In this document: piece by piece, positions 1 to 8,775 of the stretch | Position numbering within the stretch: position 1 is the first letter of the stretch | Layout of the letters: every line of letters starts with the position of its first letter | Source: Candidatus Hebobacteria bacterium | GTDB lineage: Bacteria > Armatimonadota > Hebobacteria > Hebobacterales > Hebobacteraceae | DNA length: 32,443 nucleotides | Direction: 5' to 3' | NCBI GenBank assembly: GCA_029821235.1 | Contig: JALGTT010000001.1 | Coordinates: forward strand, 1 to 32,443 | Made by a program: the position numbers and the translations under genes | The notes under the pieces: model-generated | Databases searched by the model: none | What the model saw: only the letters and a program-made list of their open reading frames with translations | Told to the model about the DNA's origin: nothing

Positions 1-58
1 CTCTCCGCTGGCCGCGGCCTCCTCCGCGGCCGACGACCTCTCCCTGGCCGCCCGCGAG

Positions 59-400
59 ATGGCCCAGGGTGGAGGGCCCACCCTCCTGGTGGCGATCCAG
101 TGGCTTGCGGCCGGTGTGGTGCTGGCCGCCGCGCTGATCATCGTGCGTCTCCATCACCAGGTGATGGACGAGTGCCAGCATCTGCGGGACCAGATGGCGC
201 GCGCCGACGAGGGGCAGGTGAAGCTGCAAGCCCTGCTCGCGGACGTGCTGGCCACCCTCAACCTTACGATCGCCTCCTCCGAGAGTGAACGCGGAGACGG
301 CGACGACGGAGAGACGGCCTCCCTGCGCGCCGCCATGAGACAGGCGATCGCGGGGACCGCCCCCCTCCCCCTTTCCGCCGACCCGCCGCCCGAGGAGTGA
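59..400 (+). CDS. hypothetical membrane-anchored protein (possibly 5'-partial)
   Basis: The ORF has strong GC3 bias. It has one predicted TM helix (LLVAIQWLAAGVVLAAALIIV), then a charged helical segment and an acidic, Pro-rich tail. The frame stays open back to nt 2, so the true start may lie upstream of the window. No family recognised. Confidence 0.45.
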   Translation: MAQGGGPTLLVAIQWLAAGVVLAAALIIVRLHHQVMDECQHLRDQMARADEGQVKLQALLADVLATLNLTIASSESERGDGDDGETASLRAAMRQAIAGTAPLPLSADPPPEE

Positions 401-415
401 CCCCGGGGGATCGGC

Positions 416-1246
416 TCAGATGCTCTGTCCGGGTGCCGGGTAGCGGAGGGCCATGCTCACCTCCGTGCCCGCGGGGACCGGATGCCCCGCGCGGTCCAGG
501 GCCGCGGTGAGGCGGGCGGACAGTTTCCCCTGCACGATGTCGTGCCTCCCGGGTATCGCCCGCAGATCAACCTTCAGCACGGGGGCGTAGATCTCCGGCG
601 GCTGCGAAAAAACCTGGAACTCGGCGTCGAAATCGGCCAGCGCCCGCTCCACCACCTCCGCCGCCTCCTGCTCCGAAGAGGAGAGCGGCACGTTGAGCAC
701 ATAGGCGATGCTCTCCGTGGTGTAGGTATTGGTGCTGGTGATGGTCCCGTTGAAGAAATAGCGCAGCTGACCATTGGGCTGCCTCAGCCTCGTGGTCCGC
801 AGGCCGATCTGCTCCACCCGGCCGAAGACCCCGTTGATCTCCACCAGGTCCCCGACCGCGTACTGCCCCTCCATGATAATGAAGAAACCGGAGACCACGT
901 CCCGCACCAGATTCTGCGCGCCGAAGCCCACCGCCAGGCCCACCACCCCGGCCGCCGCCAGCACCGGCCGCACATCGATGCCCAGTTCGTCCAACACCGT
1001 GATCGCCACCAGGAACACCACCACCCACCTCAGCACGCTGTTGACCAGCAGCAGGATGGTGGTGATCCGCTCCCGACGTGACTCCTGCTCGATGCGCGCG
1101 GAGGCCGCCGACACCGCGCTCCTGATCACCTTCCTCAGCACCCCGTAGGCCACCCAGGCGAGGACGATGATGAGCAGTATCTTGCCGCCCCGCGCCACCA
1201 GGTGGCCCAGGTCCACATGCAAGTGCAGCCTCTCCAACAGCGTCAT
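416..1246 (-). CDS. small-conductance mechanosensitive channel, MscS family
   Basis: 276 aa. N-terminal TM helices are followed by the MscS pore-helix/beta-domain signature (GLAVGFGAQNLVRDVVSGFFIIMEGQYAVGDLVEINGVFGRVEQIGLRTTRLR). Confidence 0.9.
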   Translation of the reverse strand: MTLLERLHLHVDLGHLVARGGKILLIIVLAWVAYGVLRKVIRSAVSAASARIEQESRRERITTILLLVNSVLRWVVVFLVAITVLDELGIDVRPVLAAAGVVGLAVGFGAQNLVRDVVSGFFIIMEGQYAVGDLVEINGVFGRVEQIGLRTTRLRQPNGQLRYFFNGTITSTNTYTTESIAYVLNVPLSSSEQEAAEVVERALADFDAEFQVFSQPPEIYAPVLKVDLRAIPGRHDIVQGKLSARLTAALDRAGHPVPAGTEVSMALRYPAPGQSI

Positions 1247-1294
1247 GCCGCCTCCTCCAAAGGCCGCCCTGCCTCTCCGCCGAGGTCTCCGCCC

Positions 1295-2161
1295 TTACTC
1301 CGGCCGCTCATCCTTGCGGGCGCGAATCTCCTCGACGATTCTCTCATAATACGGCCGCAGGAACTCCGGGTGCTCCGCGCTCGCCCGCGCGTAGCGCCCG
1401 TCGGCCGCCTCCATGTCCAGGCGGGCGGTGATCATCGTCTGCGAATAATAGTCCGCCTCCGCCAGCGTCAGCCCGGTGGGGTGCTTGATGAACGAGCCGC
1501 CCGTGGAACTCTGCCGGCCTCCGTAGTCCTGTCCCACGGTATTGGCGCAGCAGTGGTAGATGTAGGAGTTGGGCCCCGCCGGCTGGGTCGCCCGCCCGGC
1601 CGCCCGCTTCCACCACACCGCCTCCACGCTCTCCGTGGAACATGCGGGATGAAAGAGGATGCGCGCCCCGGCCATCGCGGGCAGGCGGTACAACTCCGGG
1701 TGCCGGCCGTCCCGGCAGATGACCAGCGTGGCGAGGAACCCCTTGATCTCGAACAGGGAGAGCTTGTTGCCGGGCCGGCAGTACTTCTGCTCGTCCGCCC
1801 CGGCCATCTGGATCTTGGCGTACTCGTGCACGACCTCGCCCCGGTCGTCTATCACGTGGGCGAGGTTGAGGAACCGCTCCCGCCCGGACCGCCGCTGGAT
1901 GGTCCCGCAGATTACCCAGATGCCCCGCGCCCGCGCCGCCTCCCTCACCTGCTCCAACGCCCGCTCCACCTCGGCAGGGGGAAGGCTCACCAGATACGGG
2001 AAATCGTATCCGGTGAGATTGGCCTCCGGGAAGAGGATCACATCACTGCCCTCCTCCGCGGCGCGCGCGATGTTCTCCAGCGTATCCTCCACCAGCCGGG
2101 AGATGGGCTGGGCCCAGTGCTGCTGACACACCGACACCTGAAGCACGTTTGGCGGACTCAT
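1295..2161 (-). CDS. carbon-nitrogen hydrolase (nitrilase superfamily) protein
   Basis: 288 aa with the Glu-Lys-Cys triad contexts typical of the family: ILFPEANLTGY, HEYAKIQM and ATLVICRDGRHPE. Confidence 0.85.
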   Translation of the reverse strand: MSPPNVLQVSVCQQHWAQPISRLVEDTLENIARAAEEGSDVILFPEANLTGYDFPYLVSLPPAEVERALEQVREAARARGIWVICGTIQRRSGRERFLNLAHVIDDRGEVVHEYAKIQMAGADEQKYCRPGNKLSLFEIKGFLATLVICRDGRHPELYRLPAMAGARILFHPACSTESVEAVWWKRAAGRATQPAGPNSYIYHCCANTVGQDYGGRQSSTGGSFIKHPTGLTLAEADYYSQTMITARLDMEAADGRYARASAEHPEFLRPYYERIVEEIRARKDERPE

Positions 2162-2251
2162 AGCAAACCTCGCGGGACGAGTTTCATCTCTCCCCCTCTA
2201 CGGCGCGGGCCGATTGGCTCCTGCCGGGGTCGCAGCGCCTCTCCGGCCCCC

Positions 2252-2291
2252 GAGAAGAGAACGACCGGAGCGGATGGCTCCGCTCCGGTCG
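2252..2291 (-). terminator. Rho-independent-type terminator downstream of the pilus operon
   Basis: Perfect 13-bp GC-rich stem (2262-2274 pairs with 2279-2291) with a 4-nt loop, 33 nt after the stop of the last pilus gene. On the minus strand it is followed by TTCTCTTCTC. Confidence 0.5.
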
Positions 2292-2323
2292 CTATTGGTC
2301 CATGGCCGCTCCGGGCGGGAGCG

Positions 2324-2863
2324 CTACTCGCCCAGGCGCAGCGTATAAGTCCCGTTTCGATCCCGGAGGCGGATGCGGTTCACCGCGATGCTCTCCACCC
2401 GCAGTCCGCCCTCCAGGTACTGACCCTCCTCCACGATAAAGGAATCCTCGCCCCGGCGGATCACCGCCACCGTGGGCTGGCCGTGGATGATGCCGGCCAG
2501 GTGGAGCGCGCTGTCCGAACTGCCCGGCAGAGGCGGCAGCGTGCGAGGCGTGGCCGCCGGCTTCGTCTGCTTGGGGGCGGCGCGCCGCTCTCGCTGCCAT
2601 CGGGGCGCGATCACGGGGTCGAACGGATCCCTGCTGGGGGGCGGCACCGGGGTCAGCAGCCCCGCCCACTTCAGCGGCGTCTCGGCACGCGCCGCCCGCA
2701 GGTCCGCCGCCGCGCGCTCACCCGCGGCGGACTCCATCGCCTCCGCCCTGGCGCGGCTCTGGCGGATCGCCTTGACGTTCGCAACCACCGCCCAGACGAC
2801 CGCGGCCGCCAGGATCACGGAGAGAACGATGATCTTGGGGAGGTCCTCCTTGCGGTATTTCAT
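2324..2863 (-). CDS. PilP-like pilus assembly protein (TM anchor, Pro-rich linker, C-terminal beta domain)
   Basis: 179 aa. N-terminal TM helix, an RDPFDP motif and Pro-rich linker, then a C-terminal segment (LHLAGIIHGQPTVAVIRRGEDSFIVEEGQYLEGGLRVESIAVNRIRLRD) resembling the PilP/GspC HR domain. Its start overlaps the pilO-like stop (ATGA). The family call rests on pattern and context only. Confidence 0.5.
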   Translation of the reverse strand: MKYRKEDLPKIIVLSVILAAAVVWAVVANVKAIRQSRARAEAMESAAGERAAADLRAARAETPLKWAGLLTPVPPPSRDPFDPVIAPRWQRERRAAPKQTKPAATPRTLPPLPGSSDSALHLAGIIHGQPTVAVIRRGEDSFIVEEGQYLEGGLRVESIAVNRIRLRDRNGTYTLRLGE

Positions 2864-3582
2864 TGCGTACCTCCAGTGCTGGCGGTAATGCCCGCCTGCG
2901 ACCCGGGCGGCGGGCCGCCCCCGGTCACCCGCGAGCCTCCGCGCTCGGCCGAGGGAACCCGGGCCAGGTACAGATCAATGGTGATATCTCCCCGCAGCCG
3001 GGGATACCCCTCCTTGGTGTCGGTCATCAGGTCCACCCGCTCCACCGTCATCAACCGCCGGTACGACTCCAGCCTGCGCAGCAGGTAGAAGGCCGACAGG
3101 AAGGTCCCCGAGAACGAGACCGTATGCGGGACGCGGTCTATCGTGGGGCGGGGCTGTTCGTCGGCCTTCTGGCGGCCCGCCGCGGTCCCGCCGCCTCCCG
3201 GCCGCTGGGCCTGGACTTCCTCGTCGCTGGCGGGCGCCCGGCGGGTGTACTGGGCCCTGCGCACCAGGTTCAGGGTATTGCGGGTGTCCTTGCAGAACTG
3301 GATCAAATCCCTCAGGAAGAGCGATTCCTCGTTGCGGGCGAGAATCCCGAACTTGTCGAACCGGCCCTCTCCGGGCGCGGGCCCTCCTGCGATGCGCGCG
3401 TCCTCGATCTCCCGCTTCATCTCCGCCAACTGCCGGCTCTTCTCCGTAACCTGCTCCTGGACGCGGTTGAGAGCCCGCATCCGCGGCGATATCAGCACCA
3501 GGAAACAGAGCAGCGCCCACACCGCCACCATCGTCAGCGCGATCAACAACTCCTGCTTGTCCCTGCGGTCGTCTGCCCTCAT
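2860..3582 (-). CDS. PilO-like type IV pilus assembly protein
   Basis: 240 aa with a TM helix, a coiled coil (RALNRVQEQVTEKSRQLAEMKREIEDA) and a PilO-like C-terminal fold signature (VSFSGTFLSAFYLLRRLESYRRLMTVERVDL). ATGA overlap with pilMN. Contains Gly/Pro-rich low-complexity inserts. Confidence 0.62.
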   Translation of the reverse strand: MRADDRRDKQELLIALTMVAVWALLCFLVLISPRMRALNRVQEQVTEKSRQLAEMKREIEDARIAGGPAPGEGRFDKFGILARNEESLFLRDLIQFCKDTRNTLNLVRRAQYTRRAPASDEEVQAQRPGGGGTAAGRQKADEQPRPTIDRVPHTVSFSGTFLSAFYLLRRLESYRRLMTVERVDLMTDTKEGYPRLRGDITIDLYLARVPSAERGGSRVTGGGPPPGSQAGITASTGGTQ

Positions 3583-5195
3583 GACGGCACCTCCTCGCCC
3601 CCCGAAACCGCCGCCGCGGGGGAGGTTGCGGCCTCAGGCGGCACCATTCCCCTGCGCAGCGCGGCGCTGATCTGGAAGCGAATCACCACTCTCCCCGGGG
3701 AATACTGGTCGTCCTTGGTCAGCGAGCCCAGCACCACATTGCTGAAATAGGGCGACTCGGACAGCGCCTCGATGGTCCTCGGAATCAACTCCCGCCGCAT
3801 GGCGATGCCGGTAAAGGTGATCTTCGAGGCATCCGGGGAACTGATCTTGTCCAGCCAGATCCCCTCCGGGAACCGGTCCGCGATCTCCACCAGAATCTGA
3901 GACCAGTGCACGGAGCGCTCCTTGGCGATGCGTGCGATCTGCCTCTCGACCTCGTTGCGCAACTCCTGCTCGGTGGCCTTCATCGCCCGCAGCATTTCGA
4001 GTTCCGGCTCCAGTTGTCTGATCTGGGTCTCCACCCGGGCGAGTTGCCGCTTCCGTTGGTCGGTCTTGTGGTTCAGAGACACCATCCACACTATCGCGGC
4101 GATGAAGAGCGCGCCCATCACCAGCATCGCCCTCCTGATGGCGGGGCTGGTGAGCAGCCGCGAGCGCCGCACCTGGGGTAGCAGGTTGATGGGCAGGAAG
4201 GTCTCGCCTTCGCCCAGGACCCCCACCGCTCCGCCGCGGAAGGCCGCCAGCGAGAGCGCGCGGGTGGTGAGCGCCGCCTTCTCGTCCACCTCCATCGGCA
4301 ATTGCAGGTCGTGGGCAGGCCGGCCCAGTTCCACCGGCAGTTGGAGTTGCTCCGCCAGGTGAGAGGCGAGCAGATCCGCCTTCGGGTGGTCGGCCGCGAT
4401 CAACAGCCGGTCCACCCCGCGGCCCGGGAACTGATTCTGGAAGAAGCGCAGACAGTGGGCCAGCTCCGAGTACAACTGCGGAGGCGCGGCGAACGGATCC
4501 CGCTGCTCGGGGAGGGGATTCACCCATTCCCCTTCCTCGGTCTGCTCGGGCAGGCCCGCGTTGGCGCTGTAGCACAGCTTCAGCACCCCGTCGTCGAAGA
4601 TCATGACATCCGTCTTGACTTCTCCCACCAGCGCCAGCGCCACCACCTCTCCCGGCGCGAACCGCTCCCGGTAGGCGCGGGCGGCGATCACCGGCGGCAC
4701 CTCCAGCGACACCAGGTCCAGCCCGGCCGCCCGCGCGCAGGCCTGACATTCCTCCACCGTCACCTGCCGGCACGCGCCGAACAGCACGCTGGACATCGGG
4801 TTCCCGTCCTCTTCCAGTTCCTCCACCTCGCAGGCGTCCACCGAGATCTCGTGCTCGGCGAACACCGCGTACCGCTCGGCCACCGACCGCACCGCCCCCA
4901 GCATGTCCTCTCTGGGCATCGGCGGCAACCTCTGCAACTGCGTCACCGCGCTGCCCTCCGGCAGCACCATCACCGCCTGCCGGGCGGAAATCCGCTTCTC
5001 CGCCATGAAGGCCGCGATGGCGCGGCCCAGCAGCTCGCCGTTGGCCAACTGGCCCATGTCGAAGGCCCCCTCGGGAACCTGGATATCGCCGAGCGCCGAC
5101 ACCTGCAGCACGCCGCCCACATACTGAAGTTGCGCCGTTGCGAGGCGCCGCGGCGACAGGGTAATCACCAGCACTGAATCGCTATGAACTGGCAT
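3579..5195 (-). CDS. fused PilM-PilN type IV pilus assembly protein
   Basis: 538 aa. Residues 1-330 are a PilM-like actin-fold ATPase domain. At residues 336-340 sits the conserved PilN N-terminal INLLP motif, followed by a TM helix (AMLVMGALFIAAIVWMVSL), a coiled coil and a PilN-like periplasmic domain. Confidence 0.8.
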   Translation of the reverse strand: MPVHSDSVLVITLSPRRLATAQLQYVGGVLQVSALGDIQVPEGAFDMGQLANGELLGRAIAAFMAEKRISARQAVMVLPEGSAVTQLQRLPPMPREDMLGAVRSVAERYAVFAEHEISVDACEVEELEEDGNPMSSVLFGACRQVTVEECQACARAAGLDLVSLEVPPVIAARAYRERFAPGEVVALALVGEVKTDVMIFDDGVLKLCYSANAGLPEQTEEGEWVNPLPEQRDPFAAPPQLYSELAHCLRFFQNQFPGRGVDRLLIAADHPKADLLASHLAEQLQLPVELGRPAHDLQLPMEVDEKAALTTRALSLAAFRGGAVGVLGEGETFLPINLLPQVRRSRLLTSPAIRRAMLVMGALFIAAIVWMVSLNHKTDQRKRQLARVETQIRQLEPELEMLRAMKATEQELRNEVERQIARIAKERSVHWSQILVEIADRFPEGIWLDKISSPDASKITFTGIAMRRELIPRTIEALSESPYFSNVVLGSLTKDDQYSPGRVVIRFQISAALRRGMVPPEAATSPAAAVSGGEEVPS

Positions 5196-5244
5196 CGTTG
5201 CTGTCCTTCTCCCGGGGCACGCTCGCGCCGCCCCTCGGTTTCTC

Positions 5245-5859
5245 CTACAACACCTGCTTGTTGCGCAAGCGCGCCGCGGACTTGAGACAGGTCGAGTACC
5301 GCAGCGCCTCGCCGGTCTGATGGGGATACGCGTCTCTCGCCACCGTCAACTCCACCTCCACCCGCACCGCCTGGGCCGGAGCGTCGGACAGGTCCGTGAT
5401 CTCCTGCCCGTATCGGTCCCGATAAGTGAACTCCAGCCCCACCACATCGGGAGACACCGCCACCCCGCCGCTGAAGGTGGTGTTCGCCGCGCGGTAGAGG
5501 GTGCGGTCATCCACCCAGTAGCACACCTGCCCGCCGTTCTGGTCGGTGAAGGCGATGCGGTCCGGATAGGCCAGCAGCACCGTCCACCCTCCCCGCAAGC
5601 GGTCTATCATGTCGTCCATCGCCACCTGGGCACTGCGGTCCACCTCCGTCTGGAGGCTGGTGGTGGTCTGGGCGCCGAGTCCGCCCACGAAAATGCGGTA
5701 GATGCCCACCAGCACCATCACTCCCACCAGCAGCGCCACCAGCATCTCCGCCAGCGTGAAGCCGCCGCACTGCTTCCTTGTCTCTATATGCCCCATCTGT
5801 CTGCTCCGCTCCATCAGGGAAAATCGCTTTCTCGCCCTCCGCCGGTCTCCCCAGGGCAT
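5245..5859 (-). CDS. minor pilin (prepilin-type N-terminal cleavage/methylation domain), PilW/FimT-like
   Basis: Class III signal GG|FTLAEMLVALLVGVMVLVGI. The leader is long, so the real start may be an internal Met (5814 or 5796). Confidence 0.72.
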   Translation of the reverse strand: MPWGDRRRARKRFSLMERSRQMGHIETRKQCGGFTLAEMLVALLVGVMVLVGIYRIFVGGLGAQTTTSLQTEVDRSAQVAMDDMIDRLRGGWTVLLAYPDRIAFTDQNGGQVCYWVDDRTLYRAANTTFSGGVAVSPDVVGLEFTYRDRYGQEITDLSDAPAQAVRVEVELTVARDAYPHQTGEALRYSTCLKSAARLRNKQVL

Positions 5860-5861
5860 CG

Positions 5862-6293
5862 CTACACTCCCCTCGGCGTGAAGTAACTGGTGAGCATGGT
5901 CACCGGAGTGGAGGAGCCCGTGCGGTACACCGACACCGTAACTCTCTTCAAACCCGCCACCGGGTCGTCCCGCACCACGGTCACCTCCACCTGAACCTCG
6001 AAGAAGGAGGCATGACTGCCCATGGGCCTCTCCTCTCGCTCCCGGCTGACCAGATAGCCGTAGTCAACCTGCTTCAGCTCCTCCATCGTCTCCCGCGCGA
6101 TGTTCGCGGCGGCCGCGGTGATGCTCGACTGGTTGGTGGTGACCAGCGCCTGAGTGAATCCCAGTATCAGCGGCAGCAGCACCACCGCCAGGATCACCAG
6201 GGCGACCAGGGTCTCCACCAGGGAGAGGCCGGCCCGGCGGCCGCGGTCTCCTGTCATCGCGCTTGCGGATGCCGGCATGGGGCGGAGCGCCAT
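5862..6293 (-). CDS. minor pilin, PilV/GspI-like
   Basis: 143 aa. Prepilin-type motif G|LSLVETLVALVILAVVLLPL. The start may instead be the internal Met at 6257. Confidence 0.7.
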   Translation of the reverse strand: MALRPMPASASAMTGDRGRRAGLSLVETLVALVILAVVLLPLILGFTQALVTTNQSSITAAAANIARETMEELKQVDYGYLVSREREERPMGSHASFFEVQVEVTVVRDDPVAGLKRVTVSVYRTGSSTPVTMLTSYFTPRGV

Positions 6294-6294
6294 C

Positions 6295-7650
6295 TTACAA
6301 CTCCCGCCAACTGTGTGGAGTGGGCTGCATCCAGCCTGTGTCCGGCTCGTTGAACATCGGCGGGGTGGATACGCCGGGCTCGAAGATGGGCGAGTTTGGA
6401 TCGCTCGGATCGATCGGGAACCCGTACTCGATATCGAAGTTCCCTCTCAGCGTCACCGACGGCGACACGATGCATCCCGATGACAGCGAGGCCCGGCAGT
6501 CGAAGGAGCGGCCGGCCCAGATGATGCCCAGGATCCGCACCTCCTCCGGGGTCTGATTGGCGCTGGCGGTGGAGCGGTTCGTGATCAGCACATCCCGGCC
6601 CGCGATCAGCGCCGGATACACCTCCTCCTCGCCTGCACCGCCCTCCGGGATGGTGGGTTTGATGCTCACCTCCGCCATCGCCTGGGTGGTGATGTCTCCC
6701 GTCGCCACGATGGTCCCGTTCACCACCACCTTGCCCTTGATGATGACATCTCCGTGCACGAAGAAGAGGCCGTTGTAGACCGTCAACTGGTTGCCCGGGC
6801 CCTCCTTCCCGAAGGTTACCGTATATCGTTTGCTCCCCGGGGTGCAGACATACGCGTCGGGATAGGAGAGTTCCGGGAAGTAGGGATCGGGAATGTAATA
6901 GTTTTCGTCCGGGGGCGAGGAGTGCGCGCTCGGATCCTCGGGGGCGTCGATTCCATGCCCGTGCCAGTAGACGTGCCGGTCGGCCTCGGCATCCACCTTG
7001 ATGTCGAGCGAACCCGCGTAGGGGAGGCTGCCGTCGGCATTCTGGTCCTGCGCCAGCGCCGTCTGTCGCCACTCGTCCCACCTCGGGGTGGGCAGTTCGG
7101 GCTGGGCATAGGGCGCGTGGGGATCGTTCGGATCGGAGGGGGTATAACTCCCTCCGCCGTTGATGGTGGCATAGGGGTAATCCGGGCTCACCGTGCTGTC
7201 GGCCGACCACACGTGATCCCAGGCCCACTTGCCGTCGGTGTCCAGTTGCACCTGCACGCGCCGGCTCAGACGGAACGGAGAGCCCTGCCAGATATTGCTG
7301 TTGGTGACTCCCTCCGAGGTAACCGAGACCACCCCGCGGGGGTCGGGCGGCCAGCTCCACACCACACTGTAGGCGCCGGTGGTGGGGCCGTTGGGCAGTT
7401 CTCCCTGGTACGGCTGCGCGGTGGGATCGGGAATCCCGTTCGCCCGCCACTCCGAGATCAGCGCGTTGATGCCCGCCTCCGCCAGATACACCGCCTCCGT
7501 ATACTGCTCCCTGGAGGTGGACATCTGGTGGGCGGAAATCGCCATCGCCAGCACCCCGACGATCAGGATCGCGCCGACCACCAGCAGCATCAGCGCGGCC
7601 GCCAGCGCAAACCCGCTTGCTCTCGTACGCCGTCTGTCAGCCCTCATCAT
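6295..7650 (-). CDS. large PilX/GspK-like minor pilin (putative tip or priming subunit)
   Basis: 451 aa. N-terminus SGFALAAALMLLVVGAILIVGVLAMA lacks Glu5 and is followed by a PilX_N-like helix (REQYTEAVYLAEAGINALISEW). Large Pro/Asp/Trp-rich C-terminal domain. Confidence 0.62.
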   Translation of the reverse strand: MMRADRRRTRASGFALAAALMLLVVGAILIVGVLAMAISAHQMSTSREQYTEAVYLAEAGINALISEWRANGIPDPTAQPYQGELPNGPTTGAYSVVWSWPPDPRGVVSVTSEGVTNSNIWQGSPFRLSRRVQVQLDTDGKWAWDHVWSADSTVSPDYPYATINGGGSYTPSDPNDPHAPYAQPELPTPRWDEWRQTALAQDQNADGSLPYAGSLDIKVDAEADRHVYWHGHGIDAPEDPSAHSSPPDENYYIPDPYFPELSYPDAYVCTPGSKRYTVTFGKEGPGNQLTVYNGLFFVHGDVIIKGKVVVNGTIVATGDITTQAMAEVSIKPTIPEGGAGEEEVYPALIAGRDVLITNRSTASANQTPEEVRILGIIWAGRSFDCRASLSSGCIVSPSVTLRGNFDIEYGFPIDPSDPNSPIFEPGVSTPPMFNEPDTGWMQPTPHSWREL

Positions 7651-7720
7651 CCAACCCCTTTGTCTCCCCTCGCGGGCGCCGAAGCCGCGCCCTCCCTCAA
7701 CATCGGCACTTATCCAAGTA

Positions 7721-8173
7721 TCACATGTCTTCCAAAGAACCGTGTCCCGAATCCGGCACCGGGCAGGTGATAGTGATGCGGCCGGTGGCGGGGTCCCGCT
7801 GGTACAAGTAATGGTAACTGTGGTCCCGGTCCAGCGGACATCTGGGTTCCTCCCCCTCGGCGGCGGTCTGGCTGGTCTTGGCGAAATAGGTCGGGCTGCG
7901 GAGAAAATCCTCGAATTCGGCCTGGTCGGCCGGATAAGTGCGATGGTTCTTCACATAGTAGACTTCCAGCGCCGACCGGATGGCTTGCATGTTGTCGCGG
8001 CAGGCCAGGTCGGCCGCCGCGCGCCGCCCGCGCATCACCGAGAGCCCCGCGATGAGCAGGGCCACCGCCACCAGCGCCACCACCACCATCAACTCCGCGA
8101 AGGTGAATCCACCTCCCCGGGCCGGGCGGTCCGCGATCTTCCCGTGCAAGTTTCTCGCGCCCTCTACAGTCAT
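7721..8173 (-). CDS. type IV pilin-like protein
   Basis: 150 aa. GG|FTFAELMVVVALVAVALLIAG prepilin motif. Cys-containing C-terminal domain related to the two upstream pilins (CRDNMQAIRSALEVYY). Confidence 0.75.
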   Translation of the reverse strand: MTVEGARNLHGKIADRPARGGGFTFAELMVVVALVAVALLIAGLSVMRGRRAAADLACRDNMQAIRSALEVYYVKNHRTYPADQAEFEDFLRSPTYFAKTSQTAAEGEEPRCPLDRDHSYHYLYQRDPATGRITITCPVPDSGHGSLEDM

Positions 8174-8181
8174 ATCCTCGC

Positions 8182-8643
8182 CTAAGGCTTCCGGTGCTCC
8201 AGTGCGGTCACCCAGGAGCCCTCAAAATGGTCCTCCACGTTCACCACCACCCCCGCCTGGGGATTGTCCGGGGTGGGCGGCCCGACGGTGCCATCCTCCA
8301 ACACCGGCCTCAGTTCGTACGGCACGCCGAAGGGACAGATCGGCATCTCCGTGAGCGGAGGAGCGATCACGTCCGGAGGCGCCGTGGTCTCGCACATCTC
8401 CTCCACGGTGGCCGGCCATCTGTGGTTGCGCGCAAAGAAGGCCTGCGCCGCCGTATTGATGATCTTGATCTGTGCCTGACAGCCTCTCACCCTTGCCGTA
8501 TACACCGCCCGGAAATACCGGGGAATCGCGATCACCAGCAGCACCGCGATGATGATGATGACCACCAGCAGTTCGACCAGGGTGAACCCCCGTCGGCCGC
8601 GCGCGCGGCACGAATGCAGACCCATACCAAATCTCCTCATCAC
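8182..8643 (-). CDS. type IV pilin (paralogue 2)
   Basis: 153 aa. RG|FTLVELLVVIIIIAVLLVIAIP prepilin motif. Close paralogue of the gene at 8776-9228. Confidence 0.85.
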   Translation of the reverse strand: MMRRFGMGLHSCRARGRRGFTLVELLVVIIIIAVLLVIAIPRYFRAVYTARVRGCQAQIKIINTAAQAFFARNHRWPATVEEMCETTAPPDVIAPPLTEMPICPFGVPYELRPVLEDGTVGPPTPDNPQAGVVVNVEDHFEGSWVTALEHRKP

Positions 8644-8735
8644 TCATCCTTGCTTCCCGAATCTCGGCCGCCACGCCGGACGGACCGGCGGAGTTCGTTC
8701 CGGAGAGTCTGTGCGTCAGAGTTCAAACGGCCTGA

Positions 8736-8761
8736 GGGAGGCGGACAAAGGTCCGCCTCCC
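8736..8761 (-). terminator. hairpin immediately downstream of the first pilin gene (possible attenuator or mRNA stabiliser)
   Basis: Perfect 11-bp stem (GGGAGGCGGAC / GTCCGCCTCCC) with a 4-nt loop, 15 nt after the pilin stop at 8776. There is no clear U-tract. Confidence 0.4.
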
Positions 8762-8775
8762 CCGGAGTCGCTTCC

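Noticed and set aside
1202-3088. 628-aa plus-strand ORF spanning the hydrolase and PilP/PilO-like genes.
   Set aside because: It is antisense to genes with clear family signatures, and its composition is Arg/Pro-rich junk.
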